Shown here one piece after another: positions 28,504 through 32,000 of a stretch of DNA of 32,000 nucleotides. Under the pieces are notes generated by a model, which saw only the letters and a list, made by a program, of their open reading frames with translations, was not told where the DNA came from and did no database searches. Source of the stretch: Desulfotalea psychrophila LSv54 (GTDB lineage: Bacteria; Desulfobacterota; Desulfobulbia; Desulfobulbales; Desulfocapsaceae); assembly GCF_000025945.1 (NCBI RefSeq), contig NC_006138.1:510001-542000 (forward strand). The letters run 5' to 3'. Within the stretch, counting starts at the first letter, position 1. Every line of letters begins with the position of its first letter. Both the position numbers and the translations under genes were made by a program.

Positions 28504-28914
28504 AGATAGAGGCAAGGCCACGGATTATGTAGCGGTGAAGTAAGTAGCAATAGGAGGTGACAGCGGGATTGCCTTCATATATACCTATTATATTAAAAAT
28601 TTAAGCTACAGGGTAGCTGAAGCAAGGATGAATGAGAGACCACATAAGTGTGTATTTAATGGAAACCGCCGTGACAAGCGGGAAAAGATTATATGGAACA
28701 ATGCCCTTTGGACCTGTGGAGAATATTATGCAAACGGTCGCTGCAAGTCTGTAAAAAAGATAAAAGAGATGACTGAATGCAGACCTAGGAAAGAAGGGGC
28801 CTAACAGGTTAGTCCCTAACCTGTGGCTGCAGGGCAGGCTGGAACGATCAAAAGGGCAAGCCCTGCAAGGCCCTGCTGACAATCCACTCAATTCTCTCTC
28901 TTAAAAGCCTCAGC

Positions 28915-29793
28915 CTACTCCACATTTTCTCTTTCGCTTAAAAAGCTGATGATATCTGCTTGCTCCTCCTCATCAAGGAAGTCGGGCTCATCCATAATGA
29001 CAATCATCCGCTCGACGGTGACCGTCCACTCCTTTGCACTTTTTTTTGCCTCGAAAACCCTATCCAGATTATGGCAGAGAGTGCATTTACGGGAGACTAG
29101 GCTCCTGCCCATCTCATTTTCCGGATCGACCTGCCTCCTGCCCTGCCTCTCCTCCTGCTGTTTAAGCAGATAGTTAAGCACCTGCTTCAAATCAAAGCCT
29201 GTTATATTTGGTGAGTCCAGTTGAGCCATCCTATTCACAGTCACAACCCAATCATCCTCGCTCTTATAGGCCCGATATACCCGTTCAAGGCTGTGGCATT
29301 TATTACACTTGCCGGTCATAAGCGCCTTGCCGAGTTCAATATCCAGCACATCACTGTCCTGAACCGAGAGAGTGGTATAGACAAAATCTGAGCGATGCAG
29401 AATATAATACCCAGCTGTAATTCCGCTAAGAACAAAGGAGAAGGTAAAAATAGTAATCCCCAGCAGGGGCAGCTTTTCACTGCAATGAGGAAGTCGCCTC
29501 ACCACCAAGACCTTGACTAATAAGAGGGGGATAAGAGCAAGAGCAAGGGCTATATGAAAGACGGCTCGGGCACTCAACTCTTGCTGCAAACCTGCCGCCT
29601 TCTCGATCATAAAGAAGAGAATAAGGGCAAAGAGGGCAATAAACAGATAGCCGAGAATCCTATGGGCAGATATCAATCCGGATTTTCCACCATTATCTCT
29701 TATCCTACCGGTTATCTCCAGCATGAGAAAAAGAGTTATACCAGCGACAAGGACAAAGAGCAGGGCCAGAACAGATGCAATGAGAGGATGCAT
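28915..29793 (-). CDS. Membrane-anchored dihaem c-type cytochrome
   Basis: Four N-terminal hydrophobic segments (DUF420/cytochrome b561-like), then two CxxCH motifs (CNKCH and CTLCH) in two similar repeats. Confidence 0.85.
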   Translation of the reverse strand: MHPLIASVLALLFVLVAGITLFLMLEITGRIRDNGGKSGLISAHRILGYLFIALFALILFFMIEKAAGLQQELSARAVFHIALALALIPLLLVKVLVVRRLPHCSEKLPLLGITIFTFSFVLSGITAGYYILHRSDFVYTTLSVQDSDVLDIELGKALMTGKCNKCHSLERVYRAYKSEDDWVVTVNRMAQLDSPNITGFDLKQVLNYLLKQQEERQGRRQVDPENEMGRSLVSRKCTLCHNLDRVFEAKKSAKEWTVTVERMIVIMDEPDFLDEEEQADIISFLSERENVE

Positions 29794-29802
29794 GGAGTCT
29801 CC

Positions 29803-31131
29803 TTATAGCATGGGTATACCGGTGATTCTTGACAGTTCAGGATCAAGCGAGCCAAGGTCATCCCTATTGAGGGCATGGATTGATGATTTGCCACAGATAC
29901 GGGCAATGGACTTCACCTCCTCGGTGGCAGCGCCGATAAAATTGGCCACCCGCTGCCCCGCAGCCTGCACATCAAGCCGTTTCCGCAGACTGCCATCCTG
30001 AGTTGCTATACCGTAGGGGCAGTTGTCCAGATGACACTGGCGCAGGTAGGTACAGCCAATCGCTATCTTCAGGGCCCCACCCATATAAACCCCATCGGCA
30101 CCAAGGGCAATCGCCTTGGCTATATCTCCCGGATGACGAATGCCGCCGGCTGCAATCAGGGTGACCCGATCGCGTAGACCATTCCGATCCAAAAACTCAG
30201 CTATGCGGGGCAGGGAGTAAATAAGTGGCATGCCGACATGATCCTTGACCGTGACCGGGGCAGCACCTGTGCCCCCCTCACTCCCATCAATAACCAACAC
30301 ATCGGGAATATTTTCCTGGCTGAAGATAGCGGCAAGATCATTCTGCAGATGGCCACCGACAAACTTCAGAGAGATCGGTTTTCCACCTATCAGGCTACGT
30401 AGCTCCAGGATCTTGGCAGAGAGGTCTTTTACGTCTCTGATATCCTCATGTACAGCCGGCGACTGAGCCATCTTGCCCGGCGCTATCTGACGAACGGCGG
30501 CAATTTCTGCTGTGACCTTTGCCCCCGGCAATTTACCGCCCATGCCGGGTTTTGCTCCCTGAGAGATCTTAATTTCGATCATATCTGCGAGCTGCAACCT
30601 CTCCTCGCTGACACCGAAGCGACCGGTGGCATACTGCAGAGTAATACGGTCTGCCAACGCTCTCTCCTCATCCAGCATGCCGCCCTCACCGCTATTGGCA
30701 ATGGTACCGGCCAGAGATGAACCAAGGGCAAGCGCCATCTTGGCCTCTTTACTGAGGGCACCATAGGACATTGCTGCATTTAAAATCGGGGTCTGGAGGA
30801 GAACAGGCTGCCCGGCTACCTTGCCGAGGACAAGTGTCGAGTCCACCTCCACCTCATCACCCAGGGGCAGGGTCTCTAACTGAGCAGGGAGAAAGATCAG
30901 GTCGTCCATCCCCAGAAATTTTCTGGTCGTGCCCTTTCCCTCCAGATAATAGGTGCCCGTTTCTGCCATGGATCTGATCATCAGCCTGGTGTTTAGATCC
31001 CATCTGCCAAAATTTTCCGCGCCACTGTCGTGAATAAAGATAGTGGCAGGTGAATTACAGACTGGACAGAGATGAAAATCAATGGGCCCCGAATGCAGAT
31101 AGCCGCAGACCGGACAACGCTGGCTTGTCAT
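29803..31131 (-). CDS. Glutamate synthase FMN-domain protein with N-terminal rubredoxin-like zinc ribbon and intact Fe-S motif
   Basis: CPVCGYLHSG...CPVC; VIDGSEGGTGAAPVTVKDHVGMPL; GCTYLRQCHLDNCPYGIATQD. Start MTSQRCPVCG at 31131 chosen by alignment with the paralog (ORF track start 31167). Confidence 0.9.
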   Translation of the reverse strand: MTSQRCPVCGYLHSGPIDFHLCPVCNSPATIFIHDSGAENFGRWDLNTRLMIRSMAETGTYYLEGKGTTRKFLGMDDLIFLPAQLETLPLGDEVEVDSTLVLGKVAGQPVLLQTPILNAAMSYGALSKEAKMALALGSSLAGTIANSGEGGMLDEERALADRITLQYATGRFGVSEERLQLADMIEIKISQGAKPGMGGKLPGAKVTAEIAAVRQIAPGKMAQSPAVHEDIRDVKDLSAKILELRSLIGGKPISLKFVGGHLQNDLAAIFSQENIPDVLVIDGSEGGTGAAPVTVKDHVGMPLIYSLPRIAEFLDRNGLRDRVTLIAAGGIRHPGDIAKAIALGADGVYMGGALKIAIGCTYLRQCHLDNCPYGIATQDGSLRKRLDVQAAGQRVANFIGAATEEVKSIARICGKSSIHALNRDDLGSLDPELSRITGIPML

Positions 31132-31167
31132 AGATGCCCCCCTGGAATAGATGTCAATTTTTAACAC

Positions 31168-31243
31168 TTACCTCAACATCTACAGTATCGCTATTTTGAG
31201 GCGCAGTTACAAGCGGGGTACAGGATGGATGGGAATTTAAGGT
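31168..31243. repeat. Direct-repeat upstream block 2 of the glutamate-synthase-like pair
   Basis: CTACAGTATCGCTATTTTGAGGCGCAGTTACAAGCGGGGTACAGGATGGATGGGAATTTAAGGTGAG. 41 consecutive bases (CAGTTACAAGC...GGTGAG) match 28429..28503. Confidence 0.75.
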
Positions 31244-31408
31244 GAGAGAATGAATTAAACGCTGAAACCATGCCCTGAGGAGGGAGACTGGGGCTAGTGA
31301 GCAAGCTCCACTGATTCTATTTATCAAAAGACAATAGCAGGAAAGAAGCAAACCATCCTCCAACTCACTCACTTTTTAGTCCGTTGCACTTATTGTACAA
31401 ACCCAGCT

Positions 31409-32000
31409 CTATCTATCTGTAAGAGCTACATAGGCACCTAGAGCAATTAAACCCGTACCAGTGAAACAACGCTGGCCCATTTGTAACCTAGGCTTTTCCT
31501 GTAGATGTTGGCCAATAGGGCCGGCAAGCATCACAACGATAAAATCAGCGCTTGTATTAAGTATAACGGATAGTGTTCCAAGCAAGAAAAATTGAAGAAA
31601 AACAATGCCATCTGGATTGACAAATTGTGGGATAAAGGCTAGGAAAAACAGTGCTGTCTTAGGATTGAGGGCTTCAACAATAATGCCTTGCCGAAAAGCA
31701 TATTTTGGGCCCATCTTTTTAGGATTTTCAGTATTAGGTAAAGCTGTTGAACTCAATAATGTTTTGAGTCCTAAATAAACTAAATATGCGGCACCTAAAT
31801 ATTTGACAATATTAAATGCCAGTGCTGAAGCAGCTAAAATAACGGATAAGCCCAGAGCCGCAGCTAAAACATGAAACATGCCACCAAAAGCTGTTCCCAA
31901 ACTAGAATAAATTCCTTCCGTTTGACCACCTTTAAGACTCCGAGTCATAACATAAAAGATACCAGGACCAGGAGTAACAGCTAAAACCGTTGCAGCTATG
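31409..32000 (-). CDS. LysE/RhtB-family exporter, 5' end truncated by window edge
   Basis: ORF 31409..31948 continues in frame to the window end (IAATVLAVTPGPGIFYVMTRSLKGG...), matching the conserved LysE N-terminal TPGP motif. Confidence 0.9.
   Translation of the reverse strand, partial: IAATVLAVTPGPGIFYVMTRSLKGGQTEGIYSSLGTAFGGMFHVLAAALGLSVILAASALAFNIVKYLGAAYLVYLGLKTLLSSTALPNTENPKKMGPKYAFRQGIIVEALNPKTALFFLAFIPQFVNPDGIVFLQFFLLGTLSVILNTSADFIVVMLAGPIGQHLQEKPRLQMGQRCFTGTGLIALGAYVALTDR

Noticed and set aside
28601-28891. 96-aa minus-strand ORF in the intergenic gap
   Set aside because: No recognisable domain. It overlaps the perfect inverted repeat and has no convincing start context.
1-32000. 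Search for CRISPR arrays, transposases, phage, toxin-antitoxin, defence genes, tRNA and rRNA
   Set aside because: No regularly spaced repeats, integrase or transposase motifs, or structural RNA signatures were seen other than the TPP riboswitch. The repeated DNA is explained by operon and gene duplications.

Overview
32 kb bacterial chromosomal window, apparently from a Desulfobulbaceae-like deltaproteobacterium (inference from gene content only). The main feature is a three-copy tandem paralogous array at about 2.4-14.5 kb on the minus strand. Copy B (6252-12358) is the complete form: a DadA/HcnC-type FAD oxidoreductase, a small 2Fe-2S subunit, an HcnB-type oxidoreductase, RidA, and TRAP DctQ, DctM and DctP. 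Copy A (2492-5569) keeps dctQ, dctM and dctP but has only a deleted ridA remnant. Its dctM carries a compensated double frameshift that rewrites the conserved TPP motif. Copy C (13012-14236) keeps an intact dctP next to short scars of dctM and of the FAD-oxidoreductase 5' end. All three copies keep an upstream sigma-54 (-24/-12) promoter and conserved dyads of the enhancer-binding-protein type. An AcoR-like sigma-54 activator (499-2391) lies next to the array. The window also holds the N-terminus of an unlisted formate-dehydrogenase/molybdopterin oxidoreductase gene (1-171, minus) with its own sigma-54 promoter; a DUF2786-type protein; a chemoreceptor; a methyltransferase; a bicistronic MTH1187-type/AIR-synthase-like pair; a TPP riboswitch followed by thiM and an ABC transporter; a DUF547 protein; a VTT-domain/FAD-disulfide-reductase fusion; a pair of glutamate-synthase-domain paralogs flanking a membrane dihaem cytochrome, one paralog lacking its Fe-S cysteines; and a LysE-family exporter cut by the window end. 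No CRISPR array, tRNA, rRNA, phage or transposase was seen. All homology calls are motif recognition by eye; no searches were run.
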